A stretch of DNA of 64,000 bases from Actinomycetota bacterium (GCA_016278725.1 JADQBG010000011.1:6189-70188); one strand, 5' to 3'. Counted from the stretch's first letter, positions 33,481-44,219 are shown. Notes: generated from the letters alone by a model not told the origin. Made by a program: numbers and translations.

Positions 33481-34970
33481 GCTCGTAGCCGAGTCACCAA
33501 TTCCCGGGCCCGCTCGCGCCCGACGCGCACAGTGTCGGGAATGCCGGAGCCGTGATAGGCGCCTCCGGCCAGAACCACTCCGGGCAGTTCTGCCAGCGCG
33601 GCTTCCACGCGTTCGACCCGCGCACCGTGGCCCACCACGTACTGAGGCATGGCCCGCTCCCAACGATACGCCCGGGCCCACAGGGGCTCGGGAAGGCCCA
33701 GGATGTCGGCCAGCTCGCGGGCCGCAATGCGTTTCAATTCGTCCTGCGAAGGGACGCGTTCGCCAAAAGGCACCCGTACGAAGCAGCGCATCAGCACCGT
33801 GTCCGCCGGAGCTCGCTCGAAGAACTTGGTGGTCACCCAGGTGAAGGCTTTGATCCTCCTCGCCTCACCCTTGGGAATCACCGTGCCGAATCCGCCGGGT
33901 GAGGTCGGCACGTCTTCGCGGCGATAGGCCAGCGTAACCGTGGCCGAGGAGACGTAGGGCATCTCCCGCAGCTCGTCCGCAATGCCCGGCGCCAGGCAGG
34001 CGAGGATCTCCGCCGTCGCATGCGCCGGCGTTGCCAAGATGACCGCGTCGGCGGGTTTCGCCTCACCCTCGGCCGTGGTCACCTCCCAGCGACCGTCGGC
34101 GCCGCGGCGAATCCCCGTAACCTTCTGGCCCAACTCTATGCGTTCGTCGCCCAATCGCCGCGCAAGCTCCACCACCAGCTCCTCCAGGCCTCGGCGCAAG
34201 GTGACGAACATCGTCCGGGGGATCTGCCTGCGGGGCGCGCCCGAGCCGGTGCCGGTGCCGGACCCGTCCCCCGCAGCCTCCGCGAGCTGGGCTGCGGCCC
34301 GCTCCCGGGCCTGCCGCGCGGCCCGCATGCGCCGCAGCATCCCCAGGATCAGACTGCGCTCTTCCTGCTCCATCTGCAGAAAACGCGGGAAGGTGGAGGC
34401 GACGCTCATGGTCTCGGGATCGCCGCTGTGAATGCCGGCCACGAGCGGCTCCCCCAACTTGTCCAAGGCCTCGCTGCCCAGACGCCGGCGGATGAAATCG
34501 CCCAGGGTCTCGTCGCCGGTGGTCTTCCGCTTGGGCAGGACCAGGTCGAGCGCCATGCGGAATTTCCCCGGCCAACTGAACAAGCTGGCGGTGATGAACG
34601 GCGTCACCTTGGTGGGCACCAGCAGGATCAACCCATCGGGGAGCGGATGGAGCTTTCCCTTCCAGAGCACGTAGGTGCGGCGATCGGCGTCGTTCGTTGG
34701 GGTGAGTTGCCCGCCGAGGTCAAGGTCCTCTATCAACTGCACTCCCCAGGGCTTCTCGCTGACGATGCAATCGGGGCCCGCCTCGACCAGACAATCGCCC
34801 ACCCGGTCGGTCCGGATGCTTCCGCCCACCCGGCCCGAGGCCTCGAGCAGCTTGACCTCGAGCTCCAGCCCCTGCCGTTTCGCCTCCTCGGTCAACTCCC
34901 AGGCCGCGGCCAGGCCTCCGATACCGCCGCCCACGACAATGACCTTCCTGACCTGCGAAGCCGATTCCAT
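33477..34970 (-). CDS. hemG: HemY-type proto/coproporphyrinogen oxidase, copy 1
   Basis: VVGGGIGGL, EAGPDCIVSEKP, EPLVAGIHSG, MPQYVVGH. Confidence 0.9.
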   Translation of the reverse strand: MESASQVRKVIVVGGGIGGLAAAWELTEEAKRQGLELEVKLLEASGRVGGSIRTDRVGDCLVEAGPDCIVSEKPWGVQLIEDLDLGGQLTPTNDADRRTYVLWKGKLHPLPDGLILLVPTKVTPFITASLFSWPGKFRMALDLVLPKRKTTGDETLGDFIRRRLGSEALDKLGEPLVAGIHSGDPETMSVASTFPRFLQMEQEERSLILGMLRRMRAARQARERAAAQLAEAAGDGSGTGTGSGAPRRQIPRTMFVTLRRGLEELVVELARRLGDERIELGQKVTGIRRGADGRWEVTTAEGEAKPADAVILATPAHATAEILACLAPGIADELREMPYVSSATVTLAYRREDVPTSPGGFGTVIPKGEARRIKAFTWVTTKFFERAPADTVLMRCFVRVPFGERVPSQDELKRIAARELADILGLPEPLWARAYRWERAMPQYVVGHGARVERVEAALAELPGVVLAGGAYHGSGIPDTVRVGRERARELVTRLRA

Positions 34971-34976
34971 ATTGGT

Positions 34977-35939
34977 CTAATTCTCCTCCGGGCCGGCAAG
35001 GACCGCTTCCGCCAGCGCCGCTATGAATCGCGGGTGAGTCCCGACCGTGTTGGCGCGGGCGAATCTGACTCCCAATTCGCGCGCGCGCTCCTTGAGTGCG
35101 ATATCGAGATCGTAGAGGGTCTCGAGATGCTCCGAGACGAACCCCAGCGGCGCCACGACGACCCCCGTATGCCCCGCGGCCGCCAGTTCCTCCAGCACCG
35201 ATTCGGCGAAAGGGCCCATCCACCTGACACCGGGGCGGGGCGCCGCGCTTTGAAAGGCCAGCCGGACCTCGACCGCCCGCAGCTTTTCGGCCAAGAGAGC
35301 CACGGTCTGCTCCAGGCGGGTTCGGTAGACCTGGTCCTCCTCCTGGCCGTCACGGAACGGCAGGCTGTGTGCGGTGAAGAGCACGGGGGCTGTTTCCGGA
35401 AGGCCGGCGTCCGCGCGGGCGCTCTCGATGCGATCGGCTACCGCCTCGAGGTATCCGGCGGCGAGGTGCCACCCGGAGACAAAGGCCTGCGCGAGATCGT
35501 ATCCGTCGCCCAGGACTACCGCCACCCGCTCGCGGTAGGCTCCGGTCGCGCCCTCAGAACCATGGGAAGCCAGCACGGCGAAGCGCAGCCGACCGCCCCA
35601 GTCCGCAGCTTCCCGCACGGCTTCTTCCAAGAAAGGCTCGGAGCTGCGCATGCCCAAGAAGACCCGGGTCTCCGTCTGGGCGCCCAGCAGGCCGGGGGTT
35701 TCGCTCAGGCGCCTCTCCAGTTCCTGCTCTAGGGCCGCCGCCTGCGCGCGGCTGTTCGCCACCAGGGGAGAGCCGCCTCCGATCAGCCGGTAACGCTCCT
35801 GCGCGCTCCGCACCGCTTCAGCCGAAGGCCGGCGCGGCGCCATCACCCGGCTGAGGAAGGCCTCCACCTCGTCCAGATCGCGGGGGCCTCCATAACCCAG
35901 GAGAACGACCGCCAGACGTCGCCGGTCCGCGTCCAGCAC
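34977..35939 (-). CDS. hemH: Ferrochelatase
   Basis: RYRLIGGGSPL, FTAHSLP, WMGP, GFVSEHLETLYDLD. Confidence 0.92.
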   Translation of the reverse strand: MLDADRRRLAVVLLGYGGPRDLDEVEAFLSRVMAPRRPSAEAVRSAQERYRLIGGGSPLVANSRAQAAALEQELERRLSETPGLLGAQTETRVFLGMRSSEPFLEEAVREAADWGGRLRFAVLASHGSEGATGAYRERVAVVLGDGYDLAQAFVSGWHLAAGYLEAVADRIESARADAGLPETAPVLFTAHSLPFRDGQEEDQVYRTRLEQTVALLAEKLRAVEVRLAFQSAAPRPGVRWMGPFAESVLEELAAAGHTGVVVAPLGFVSEHLETLYDLDIALKERARELGVRFARANTVGTHPRFIAALAEAVLAGPEEN

Positions 35940-36982
35940 TACTCCTTCGGGCAGCCGCTGAGGCGATGGACCGCGTCGATCATGAACCCGGCGTTCTCCA
36001 CCGGAACCGTGGGCAGGATGCCGTGGCCCAAGTTGAAGATGTGCCCGGGACGGCCGCCCGCGGAGTCGAGCACCCGCTTGACTCTCTCTTCGATGACCGC
36101 CTGATCCGCATAGAGAACGATCGGATCGAGATTGCCCTGCACGGCGACGTCATGTCCCAGCAGCTCCCAAGCCTGAGCCAGCTCCACGCGCCAGTCGAGG
36201 CCGATGACGTCTCCGCCGGCCTGCTTCATCAGTGCGAGCAGGGTGGTGGTATCGGTTCCAAAATGAATCGTGGGAACCGCATGACCGATCCCCTCGAAGA
36301 CCCTGGTGCTGTAGGGAAGCACGTATTCCTCATAGTCGCGGGGGCTGAGAATCCCCACCCAACTGTCGAAGAGCTGAAGCGCCTGCGCGCCCGCTTCCAC
36401 CTGATATTTCAGGTAGGCGATGACCACCTCGGTGACTTTATCCAGGAAGGCGTGCCAGACTTCCGGGCGGCTGTACATCAGGGTCTTGGTATCGACGAAG
36501 TTTCTCGAGCCGCCGCCCTCGATGATGTAGCTGGCCAGAGTGAAGGGAGCGCCCGAGAAGCCGATGAGGGGCACCCGGCCGCCAAGTTCGCGGCGCACCA
36601 TGCCGATGGCCTCCCCCAGGAAGGGAACGTCGCGCTCCGGCTCGATCGGAGTGAGCGCCGCCACGTCGTCCGCCGTGCGCACGGGATTGCCGATGACCGG
36701 GCCTTCTCCTTTGGCGAACTCGAGGTCAATACCCATGGCCGGCAGGGGCAGAAGGATGTCGGCGAAGATGATGGCCGCATCCAGGTCAAACCGGCGCAGA
36801 GGCTGCACGGTCACTTCCGCCGCCAATTCTGGGGTGCGGCACATCTCCAGGAACGAGTGCTCGGCGCGAAGGGCCCGATACTCCTCGAGGTAGCGGCCGG
36901 CTTGGCGCATCATCCAGACCGGAGTGCAGTCGACCGGCTCCCGCCGGCAGGCCTTCAAGAAGCGGTGCTCTGAGGGCGACAT
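35939..36982 (-). CDS. hemE: Uroporphyrinogen decarboxylase
   Basis: PVWMMRQAGRYL, AIIFADIL, GFSGAPFTLASY, HIFNLGHG; probable start ATG 36982. Confidence 0.95.
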   Translation of the reverse strand: MSPSEHRFLKACRREPVDCTPVWMMRQAGRYLEEYRALRAEHSFLEMCRTPELAAEVTVQPLRRFDLDAAIIFADILLPLPAMGIDLEFAKGEGPVIGNPVRTADDVAALTPIEPERDVPFLGEAIGMVRRELGGRVPLIGFSGAPFTLASYIIEGGGSRNFVDTKTLMYSRPEVWHAFLDKVTEVVIAYLKYQVEAGAQALQLFDSWVGILSPRDYEEYVLPYSTRVFEGIGHAVPTIHFGTDTTTLLALMKQAGGDVIGLDWRVELAQAWELLGHDVAVQGNLDPIVLYADQAVIEERVKRVLDSAGGRPGHIFNLGHGILPTVPVENAGFMIDAVHRLSGCPKE

Positions 36983-37102
36983 CGAAATCCTTTCTGCAGG
37001 ACTGACCTTGAAAATCCAGCGGGGGCGAACGATTCTTCGCCCGCCCCCAGCGGCTAAGAATATCAGTTTGACCGTGGACGGCGCCGCCGCCCCCAAACAG
37101 AT

Positions 37103-37135
37103 GGGGGCGTCCGTCCCGCAAGGACGGACGCCCCC
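37103..37135. terminator. Strong hairpin between fdhA and hemE
   Basis: 14-bp perfect stem GGGGGCGTCCGTCC/GGACGGACGCCCCC; weak U-tract. Confidence 0.6.
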
Positions 37136-37176
37136 TATGACCCCGCTTTAAGCGCCCGCCAAGCGCGCGCTTTCGG

Positions 37177-39987
37177 CTAGACCGAAGCTTCCTCGGGCTC
37201 CACGGCGGCGCCGGGCGATCCGCCGTTCATCGCCTCCAGCCTGACGGCCGCCACCTTGAGTTCCGGAATCTTGGAAATCGGGTCCAGCGTCTGAACCGTG
37301 AGCCGGTTGGCCGGCGCTTCCGCGAAGTGGAAGGGCATGAAGACCAGTCCGGGCGAAACCCGGTCGGTTACCCAGGCGAAGGGCTCGATGGAACCGCGCC
37401 TGCTGGTCAGGCGCACGCGCTCCCCGTGCTTGATACCCAGGTCGCGCGCGTCATCGGGGTTGATCTCCAGGCGCGCATCCGGGACCAGAGCGTTCAGACC
37501 GGGGGCCTGCCGCGACATGGTGCCGGTGTGATAGTGCACCAGTTCCCGTCCCGTCGTCAGGATCATCGGATACTCATCCGAGACTTCCTCGACGGGCTTC
37601 TGGTACTCCACCGCCGAGAAGAAGCCGTTGCCCCGGGAAAACCGGCCGGCATGGAGCACCGGGGTTCCCGAGTGGTCTTCGTCCGGGCACGGCCACTGCA
37701 GGCCGCAGCTGTCGGTCTCCTCGAAGACGACGTCGGGCGTGCGCTGCTCGCTCTTCGCCTCCAGGCGCCGATAGGTGATGCCGCCGTACTGCGGGGTCAC
37801 CTGGTTGATCTCGGTCATGATGGATTCGGCGCTGGTGTAGCTCCAGTCGGCCCCCATGCGCGAGGCGATCAGCTGCACGATCTGCCAATCCGGCATGGTG
37901 CCTTCGCGAGGCTCGAGGGCCGCACGCACCCGCTGCACCCGGCGCTCGGTGTTGGTGAAGGTGCCGTCTTTTTCCAGGCTGGTACAGGCCGGAAGCACCA
38001 CATCGGCGTACTCGCAGGTCTCCGTGAAGAAGATGTCCTGCACCACCAGGAAGTCCACCTTGGCCAGGCTCTCCTCGACGTGCTTCTGGTTGGGGTCGGA
38101 GATTATCGGGTTTTCGCCCATGACGTAGAGAGCGCGGATCTCACCGTCGTCGATGGACCGCATCATCTCCATGATGGTTTTGCCCTTCTGCCGGTCCTCC
38201 AGCGTGACTCCCCAGGCCTCTTCCATCTTCGCAACGGCAGCGGGATCGTCCACCTTCTGGTAACCGGAGAAGACGTCGGGCAGGCCGCCCATGTCGCAGG
38301 CTCCCTGCACGTTGTTCTGACCGCGGAGCGGGTTGACCCCCGTGCCCCGCCGGCCGATGTTGCCGGTGAGCATCGAGAGATTGGCCACGGCGAGCACGTT
38401 GTTGGTGCCTGTGTGGAACTGGGTGATGCCCATGGCGTAGAGGATGTTCGCGTTGTTACAGGTGGCGTAGAGCTCTGCCGCCTTCCTGATGTCCTCAGCG
38501 GGCACGCCCGATATTTCGGCGGCCTCCTCGACCGTCGCGCTCATGATCGATTCGCGGAAGGCCGGGTAGTTCTCGGTCCGCGACTCGATGAACTCCATGT
38601 CCTCCAAGCCCTTGTCCAGTATGTGCCGCATCATGCCGTTGAGCAGCGCGACGTTGGTACCGGGCCGGAGCTGCAGGTGCAGGTGCGCACGCCGCGCCAG
38701 GTCGATCTTCCGCGGATCGGCCACGATCAGTTTCTTGCCCTCGTTGAGCAGGCGGACGACCTCGATGCCGATAACCGGGTGCGCCTCGGTCGTATTCGAA
38801 CCGATGAGCAGCATCACGTCGGCTTCGTGAATGTCGGCGATGGAGTTGGTCATCGCGCCGCTGCCAAATGCTGTCGCCAGACCGGCGACGGTGGAGCTGT
38901 GTCATAAGCGGGCACAATGGTCTACGTTGTTTGTGCCGATCACCCCCCGCATGAACTTCTGGAAGGCGTAGTTGTCCTCGTTGGTGCATTTGGCCGAGGC
39001 GAGCCCGGCAAAAGCCTCGGCCCCGCTCTCCTCCTTGATGCGCTTGAAGTTCTGCTCGACCCGGTCGAGCGCCACCTCCCAGGTGCTCGGGACCAGATTG
39101 CCGTCCTCGTTGCGCACCATCGGCGTGGTCAGCCGGTCCGGTGAGTTGACGAACTCCATGCCGAAGCGGCCCTTGACGCAGAGGTTTCCGTTGTTGATTC
39201 CCTGTCCGGGCTCGGTGGTCACGCGGACCAGGCGATCGCGGAAGGTCTGGGCCGTGAACTCGCAGCCCACCCCGCAGTAAGGGCAGATGGTGTCGGTCTT
39301 GTCGGTCTGCCAGATGCGGACATCGTGGCGGCTGCGCTTGTGGGTCAGGGCGCCCACGGGACAGGCGCTCACGCATTGCCCGCAGGACACGCAGCCCACC
39401 TGCTCGAGCGGCAGGTTGTAGGGGGTGTCGATGATGGTCTCGTAGCCGCGGTTGGTGAAACCCCAGCAGCCGATCCCCATGACGTCCCGGCAGATGCGCA
39501 CGCAACGGCCGCAGTTGATGCAGCGGTTGGGGTTGCGGGCCACGTTGGGATGATCGTCGCGGGTCGCGAAATCCTTGGGGTGCCAGCCCCAGGGAGTCAT
39601 GTTGACCTCGTACTCCCAGGCGTAATCCTGGAGGCGGCAGTCGCCGGCCGCCTCGCATACGGGGCAATCCAGCGGATGGTTCGAGAGAAGCAGTTCGATG
39701 ACGAACTTGCGCAGCTTGAAGATCTTGTCGCTCATGGTGGTGACCGACATGCCGTCTCCCACGACGGCGGCGCAGGCGGGAACCGGCCCGCGCGCGCCTT
39801 CGACCTCCACCAGGCACAGGCGGCAGCCTCCGTAGGGCTCCATGCGCTCGTCATAGCAGAGCGTGGGGATGTCGATCCCCAGGCGCCGGCATACGGTCAA
39901 AATGGTGTCACCGGGAATCGCCTTGACCTCCTGACCGTCAACGGTCAGGGTCAGCGTTCTCTCTCCGGTTTCGGGCGCAACCGCCAT
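37177..39987 (-). CDS. fdhA: Selenocysteine-containing formate dehydrogenase alpha subunit with NuoG/HydA-like N-terminal Fe-S domains (about 936 aa)
   Basis: Track ORFs 38902..39987 and 37177..38853 are in frame across a single TGA (38902-38904): DHCARL-U-HSSTVAGL...GAMTN. CPYCGVGC, RGQNNVQGACDMG; SECIS follows the TGA. Confidence 0.93.
38873..38904 (-). promoter_or_regulatory. UGA-Sec codon and bacterial SECIS element
   Basis: TGA CAC AGC TCC ACC then hairpin GTCGCC-GGTCT-GGCGAC, fdhF-like position and apical G/GT. Confidence 0.88.
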
Positions 39988-41874
39988 CTAGGCCCTCCTC
40001 ACGGCGTCGAATCGGCACTTATCGTAGCAGGCCCCACATCGGATACAGATGTCCGAATCGATGACGTGGACCTCTTTCTTCTCCCCCGTGATCGCATCGA
40101 CCGGGCAGGCGCGCGCGCAGGCGCGGCAGCCGGTGCAGTTGACCGGATCGATGCTGTAGGTGGTCAGGGCGGCACAGGCGCCGGCCCGACACTTATGCTC
40201 GTGGATGTGCTCCTCGAATTCCTCGCGGAAGTACTTGATCGAGGTCAGCACCGGGTTGGGCGCCGTGCCCCCGAGGGCGCACAGCGAGGCCGCCTTGATG
40301 TTCTCCGCCAGATCCAGGAGCAGGTCGATGTCCTCCGGCTGACCCTCACCCTCGGTGATGCGGTCCAGGATCTCGAGCATCCGCGTGGTGCCGATCCGGC
40401 AGGGGACGCACTTGCCGCAGCTCTCCGCCTGGGTGAACTTGAGGAAGAACCGCGCCGTGTCCACGATGCAGTTGTCCCGGTCCAGCACCACCATGCCGCC
40501 CGAGCCCACAATGGCTCCGGTCTGGTTGAGCTCCTCGTAGTCGACTCTGGTGTCCAGCAGAGACTCGGGCAGGCAGCCCCCGGAAGGACCGCCCATCTGC
40601 ACGGCCTTGAACTCCTTGTCGTTCTTGACCCCGCCGCCGATCTTGAAGATGACTTCGCGAAGGGTGAGGCCCATGGGCACCTCGGCCAAACCGCTGCGGT
40701 TGATCTTCCCGGTGACGGCGAAGACCTTGGTCCCCTTGGATTTCTCGTAGCCCCGCTCGGCGAAGGCTTCGGCCCCCTGGGTCATGATCCAGGGCACGCA
40801 GGCCAACGTCTCCACGTTGTTGATGTTGGTGGGGCGGGCCCACAAGCCCGACTGCGCCGGGAAGGGCGGCCGCAGCCGCGGCATTCCCCGCTTGCCCTCG
40901 ATCGACTGCATGAGAGCGGTCTCTTCGCCGCAGACGAAGGCGCCCGCGCCCTCTTTGATCTTGATCTTGAAGTCAAAGCCGGAGCCCATGATGTCCTTGC
41001 CGATCAGACCCCGTTCCTCGGCCTGCTGCAGCGCGATCTTGAGCCGCTTGATGGCGAGCGGGTACTCCGCGCGGACGTAGATGTAGCCCTCGGCCGCCCC
41101 GATGGCGTAGCCGCCGACGGCCATCCCTTCGAACACGGCATGAGGATCGCCCTCCAGCACCGATCGGTCCATGAAGGCGCCGGGGTCCCCCTCGTCGCCG
41201 TTGCAGATGAAATACTTCTTGCCGTCGGGGCTCTTGGCCTCGGCGGCGAACTTCCATTTGAGGCCCGTGGGGAAGCCCGCTCCCCCACGGCCGCGGAGGC
41301 CCGAGGCCAGAACCTCTTCGTGGACCTGGGTGGGGGTCATCTCCGTCAGCACCCGATAGAGACCCTGATAGCCACCCTCTTCCAAGTAGGCGTCGATGTC
41401 CTCCGGATCGATGCGCCCGCAGTGCCTGAGCACCAGGCGGTCCTGATAGGCGTAGAAGTCATTGTGCGAGGTTTCTTCCTCCGAGGAAAGCACGATCCAT
41501 TTGTGAACCGGCTCGTCGCCGACAATGTGCTCCTCGATGATCTTGTCCACCATCTTTGGCGTAACCGTGCCGTAGGTGACCGTGCGCTCTTGGCCGTTCT
41601 TGCGGGTGGTGACGTCCACCAGAACGTCCATGGCGCACATTCCGCGGCATCCGGTCCCGGTCAGGGTTGAGCAGCTGCCCTCGCACTTGTCCTCGCGCGG
41701 CTTGACCACCGCGTAGGTATCCGTGGCAGCGAGCCCTTTCTCGAAAGCCTCCCAGACGTCGTTGCCACCGGCGGCGATGCCGCCCGTGCCCATGCAGATC
41801 CCGACCTCGACCTCAGGAATGGTCTTGAGGGGGCGAAGTACCGTCGGTTTCTTGACCTTCTGCGCGACCGCCAT
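39988..41874 (-). CDS. NuoF/HydB-like NADH/FMN-binding subunit with C-terminal 2x[4Fe-4S]
   Basis: GLRGRGGAGFPTG, NGDEGDPGAFMDR, GAFVCGEETAL, ESCGKCVPCRIG, CTGCRACARACP, CIRCGACYDKC. Confidence 0.93.
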   Translation of the reverse strand: MAVAQKVKKPTVLRPLKTIPEVEVGICMGTGGIAAGGNDVWEAFEKGLAATDTYAVVKPREDKCEGSCSTLTGTGCRGMCAMDVLVDVTTRKNGQERTVTYGTVTPKMVDKIIEEHIVGDEPVHKWIVLSSEEETSHNDFYAYQDRLVLRHCGRIDPEDIDAYLEEGGYQGLYRVLTEMTPTQVHEEVLASGLRGRGGAGFPTGLKWKFAAEAKSPDGKKYFICNGDEGDPGAFMDRSVLEGDPHAVFEGMAVGGYAIGAAEGYIYVRAEYPLAIKRLKIALQQAEERGLIGKDIMGSGFDFKIKIKEGAGAFVCGEETALMQSIEGKRGMPRLRPPFPAQSGLWARPTNINNVETLACVPWIMTQGAEAFAERGYEKSKGTKVFAVTGKINRSGLAEVPMGLTLREVIFKIGGGVKNDKEFKAVQMGGPSGGCLPESLLDTRVDYEELNQTGAIVGSGGMVVLDRDNCIVDTARFFLKFTQAESCGKCVPCRIGTTRMLEILDRITEGEGQPEDIDLLLDLAENIKAASLCALGGTAPNPVLTSIKYFREEFEEHIHEHKCRAGACAALTTYSIDPVNCTGCRACARACPVDAITGEKKEVHVIDSDICIRCGACYDKCRFDAVRRA

Positions 41875-42474
41875 CTACTCGTCCTCCTCAGGCTCGGCAG
41901 CGGGTTGGGAGCCGTTGCCGTCACCTTCCGGCGCCAGGGAAGTGCGGAATTCCTTGATCGACTTGACCGCAGAGTCCGCCGTCAGCTTGCCGTAGGTGCG
42001 ATCGTTGATCATCATGACCGGCGCCATTCCGCAGGCTCCCAAGCAGGCTACGTTCTCCAGAGTGAACAGCATGTCCTCGGTATTCTCACCGTCTTCGATA
42101 CCCAGGTGGCGGCCGACCTCGAGGCTGACCAGGGGCGCACCGGAGACGTGGCAGGCGGTGCCGTGGCATATGCGCACCACGTGTTTGCCCCGAGGAACCA
42201 GACGAAACTGCGCGTAGAAGGTAGCCACGCCGTACAGCGCGCTCAGCGGTTGGTCCAACTCCGCAGCGATAATCGCCATGGCCGGATCGGGCAAGAACCC
42301 GTAGATCTCTTGCGTCCCCTGAAGAAGCGGGATGAGGGTCCCCGCCTGCCCTCGGTACTTAGCGAGCAATTCCCTGAGCGGCTCGGCGTCGAAGCCCTCC
42401 ATGTCGATCATGGGAGGGTGTTCGGCCACTCCGTGAGAATTTTCACCAGTCCGCGTAGCTTTCGTTTCCCACAT
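41875..42474 (-). CDS. NuoE/HydC-like [2Fe-2S] subunit
   Basis: YGVATFY, CHGTACH, ACLGAC; true start may be downstream. Confidence 0.92.
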   Translation of the reverse strand: MWETKATRTGENSHGVAEHPPMIDMEGFDAEPLRELLAKYRGQAGTLIPLLQGTQEIYGFLPDPAMAIIAAELDQPLSALYGVATFYAQFRLVPRGKHVVRICHGTACHVSGAPLVSLEVGRHLGIEDGENTEDMLFTLENVACLGACGMAPVMMINDRTYGKLTADSAVKSIKEFRTSLAPEGDGNGSQPAAEPEEDE

Positions 42475-42513
42475 AGAAACCTCCGGACGATCGAAGAACT
42501 AGCGATCGACGCG

Positions 42514-43317
42514 CTACCTGAGCTCCGCGTCGGAGACGGAGTAGAGGGACACGTTTTGGAGCGCCCGGATCAACCGGATGGTCCGCATCATGTCCTGGTC
42601 AAGCGCGTCTACAATAGCCGATGTCATGCCGACCGCAGCCAGCATGCTCAAATAAACCGCGTTGATGGGCGGGCGCAGATCGTCCGGGGCCCCGTTCGAG
42701 ATGTTGGAGAGCCCGCAGGTGGTCTGCACCTTGGGCTCGAACATTTCCGAGATCATCTGCAGCACTTCCATCACTGCCTGGGAGTGCTGCTGACCCACGT
42801 CAACCCCCACCGGCAGGATGATCGGATCGATGATGATCTTCTCGTTGGGGATCCCGAGCTCGTTAGCCGCCGTCACCAGCTCGTAGGCGATGGCCACCCG
42901 CTCATTGGCGTCGATCGGGATGGCCTGGCCCATCGTCAGGCCGATAATCTCACAATCGTACTTTGCGGCCAAGGGCAGGATGTTCTCCATCTTGTCCGGC
43001 TGAGCGGAGAAGGAATTGATGATGGGCTTGGGCAGCCCCAGGTCGAGGCATTTGACCACTCCCGCCTCCATGGCGACATGGTTGGTGGTGTCCAGGCATT
43101 GCTGGACGCCCGGCGCGGCCTCGGCTACCGTCTCGACCACGAACTCCATGATCTTGTCCCCGTCTTTGCGCGCCGGGCCCAGGTTGATGTCGATGACATC
43201 GGCGCCGGCGGCCATGATCTGCTTGGCCAGGCTGGCGATCGGTTCCTTGTCCCGCTCCTTCATGGCGGTGCCGATCCGGTTGATCATGACGTTGATGTTC
43301 TCGGCGATTACGAGCAC
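42514..43317 (-). CDS. acsE: Methyl-THF:corrinoid/iron-sulfur protein methyltransferase
   Basis: Pterin-binding barrel: IAENIN, DINLG, IINS, IDP, GLSNISNG; GTG 43317 after AGAGGA; acs context. Confidence 0.88.
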   Translation of the reverse strand: MLVIAENINVMINRIGTAMKERDKEPIASLAKQIMAAGADVIDINLGPARKDGDKIMEFVVETVAEAAPGVQQCLDTTNHVAMEAGVVKCLDLGLPKPIINSFSAQPDKMENILPLAAKYDCEIIGLTMGQAIPIDANERVAIAYELVTAANELGIPNEKIIIDPIILPVGVDVGQQHSQAVMEVLQMISEMFEPKVQTTCGLSNISNGAPDDLRPPINAVYLSMLAAVGMTSAIVDALDQDMMRTIRLIRALQNVSLYSVSDAELR

Positions 43318-43330
43318 GTGTCCTCCTCTT

Positions 43331-44215
43331 TTAAAGGTCATCCACCCTGCCGGCACGGAGATAGCCCTCTTCCGCCCGGTATGAGCTACGTACGAAGGGC
43401 GCCGCCTCCACCCGCAGGCCGAGCGACTCCCCATGCTTCCGATACTCCTCGAAGACCTCGGGTCGGACGTACTCCTCGACCGGCAGGTGGTCCTTGCTCG
43501 GCCGCAGATACTGGCCCACGGTGACCACCTCTACTCCCGCCAGGCGGGCGTCGTCGAGCACCGTGCGCACCTCCCCCACTGTCTCCCCCAATCCGACCAT
43601 GAGGCCGGTTTTGACCACGCTCCGTCCCTCCCGCGCAGCCTGCTCGAGCACCGCCAGCGAACGGCGATAGTCCGCCTGCGGCCGCACCCGCGGATAGAGC
43701 CGCGGGACGGTCTCGAGATTATGGTTGAATACTTCCGGACTCGCCTGCAGCACCAACCGCACGGATCCCGGATCCCCCTGGAAGTCCGGCACCAGCACCT
43801 CGATACCGGCCTCGGGCAGGCGTTCCCTGACCGCGGCGATCGTGGCCACGAAGTGAGCCGCACCCCCGTCCGGGAGGTCGTCCCGGGTGACCGAGGTGAT
43901 CACCACGAAGCTGAGCCCCAGCTGCGCGGCGGCGTCGGCCACCTGCCGGGGTTCCTCCGGGTCGAGGGGCGCCGGCCGGCCGCCATCCACGTTGCAAAAG
44001 CGGCAGTTGCGGCTGCACACGCCTCCCATGATCAGGAAGGTCGCCGTCCCGTGCTCGAAGCACTCGCCTTTATTCGGGCAGCGGGCGCTCTCGCAGACGG
44101 TATGCAGACTGCGCTCCCGCAGCAGCCCTTCCATCTCCCGCAGGGCGCCCGCCTTCGGCAGAGGCTTCTTGAGCCACTCCGGCTTGCGCCCGGGTCCTTC
44201 TTTGGGTTTCGTCAT
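43331..44215 (-). CDS. lipA: Lipoyl synthase
   Basis: RKPEWL, CESARCPNKGEC, CSRNCRFC, VRSSY. Confidence 0.96.
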   Translation of the reverse strand: MTKPKEGPGRKPEWLKKPLPKAGALREMEGLLRERSLHTVCESARCPNKGECFEHGTATFLIMGGVCSRNCRFCNVDGGRPAPLDPEEPRQVADAAAQLGLSFVVITSVTRDDLPDGGAAHFVATIAAVRERLPEAGIEVLVPDFQGDPGSVRLVLQASPEVFNHNLETVPRLYPRVRPQADYRRSLAVLEQAAREGRSVVKTGLMVGLGETVGEVRTVLDDARLAGVEVVTVGQYLRPSKDHLPVEEYVRPEVFEEYRKHGESLGLRVEAAPFVRSSYRAEEGYLRAGRVDDL

Positions 44216-44219
44216 ATCC

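Noticed and set aside
37177-39987. fdhA as a split gene or pseudogene
   Set aside because: The single in-frame TGA is at the catalytic position with a SECIS hairpin, so selenocysteine is the better explanation
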